DNA of 63,725 nucleotides, the filler included, from Octopus bimaculoides (lineage: Eukaryota): the NCBI RefSeq assembly GCF_001194135.2. It is 6 parts of 5 records of this genome, joined end to end, with 100 filler letters (N's around TTAATTAATTAA, not from the genome) between each part and the next. Parts side by side here need not be neighbours in the genome. Positions count along the whole stretch, not along the records: positions 61,377 to 63,725 come from NC_068984.1; 5 more parts are not named here. One strand, given 5' to 3'. Below the pieces are notes generated by a model that had not been told where the DNA came from, searched no databases, and saw nothing but the letters and a program-made list of their open reading frames with translations. A program made the translations under genes and the position numbers. Shown in pieces: positions 63,390 through 63,725 of the stretch (positions are counted from its first letter, which is position 1; the number at the start of each line of letters is the position of its first letter).

Positions 63390-63640
63390 ATGCCAAAGGA
63401 GCAAGTAGCTGTCACGTCGAAGGTATCGCGCTCAAGAGAGTGCTTCGTTGAGGAGCAAGGTGTTGTCACGTCGAATGCATCATGCTTAAGAGACTTAGAA
63501 AGTGAAAGAAACTCTTTAAATACTGGTTTTACTACGCATGCGCACTCGAGGGGCTTCCGGAAAGGCAAGTTCCTTGCGCATGCGTAAATTGTACTTCCTT
63601 AATGGCGGCCATAATTTCGCGTCACTACAAGCTAATTAAT
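63390..63640. promoter_or_regulatory. Housekeeping-type CpG-containing promoter region (2x NRF1-like, ETS-like, YY1-like)
   Basis: TACGCATGCGCA 63533-63544, TGCGCATGCGTA 63575-63586, CTTCCGGAA 63554-63562, AATGGCGGC 63601-63609; locally elevated CpG. Confidence 0.55.
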
Positions 63641-63725
63641 TAAACGACAGTTGATTGGGATAATCGTCAACAATCAATGGTGCGGCGCTGAAGAAGACGA
63701 TTAGAGCAGAATCGATAGCGTTTAA

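Overview
AT-rich, microsatellite- and SINE-dense animal genomic DNA with N-gaps. The SINE and RTE repertoire points to an octopod cephalopod, probably Octopus (inference from recalled repeat sequences). Protein-coding content is small and all on the minus strand. (1) The last two exons of a probable DENND1/connecdenn-type endocytic gene (35452-35608 and 30019-31221, joined in phase 0), plus a phase-compatible candidate exon at 50229-50417/50431. (2) The best candidate for something undescribed: two tandem, divergent (~26% identical) single-coding-exon genes (44624-45001; 46573-46935) encoding ~120-aa secreted proteins with the same 8-Cys framework, C-x3-C-x2-C-x6-C-x12-C-x3-C-x20/21-C-x13-C. 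Each has an intron acceptor just upstream of the ATG, and both apparently sit in an intron of the DENND1-like gene on the same strand. One carries a CEDCRTS motif that recalls the Aplysia attractin IEECKTS heptapeptide (a weak hint only). The rest is decayed mobile DNA (Chapaev3-like, mariner, RTE and CR1/Jockey-like LINEs, Helitron, several SINE families), two families of Penelope-type minimal hammerhead-like repeats, a 2.1-kb CpG-rich (TWCG)n satellite, local duplications, and housekeeping-type promoter motifs at the right end. No rRNA, true tRNA gene or CRISPR array is supported. All family assignments are by eye and from memory; no searches were run.
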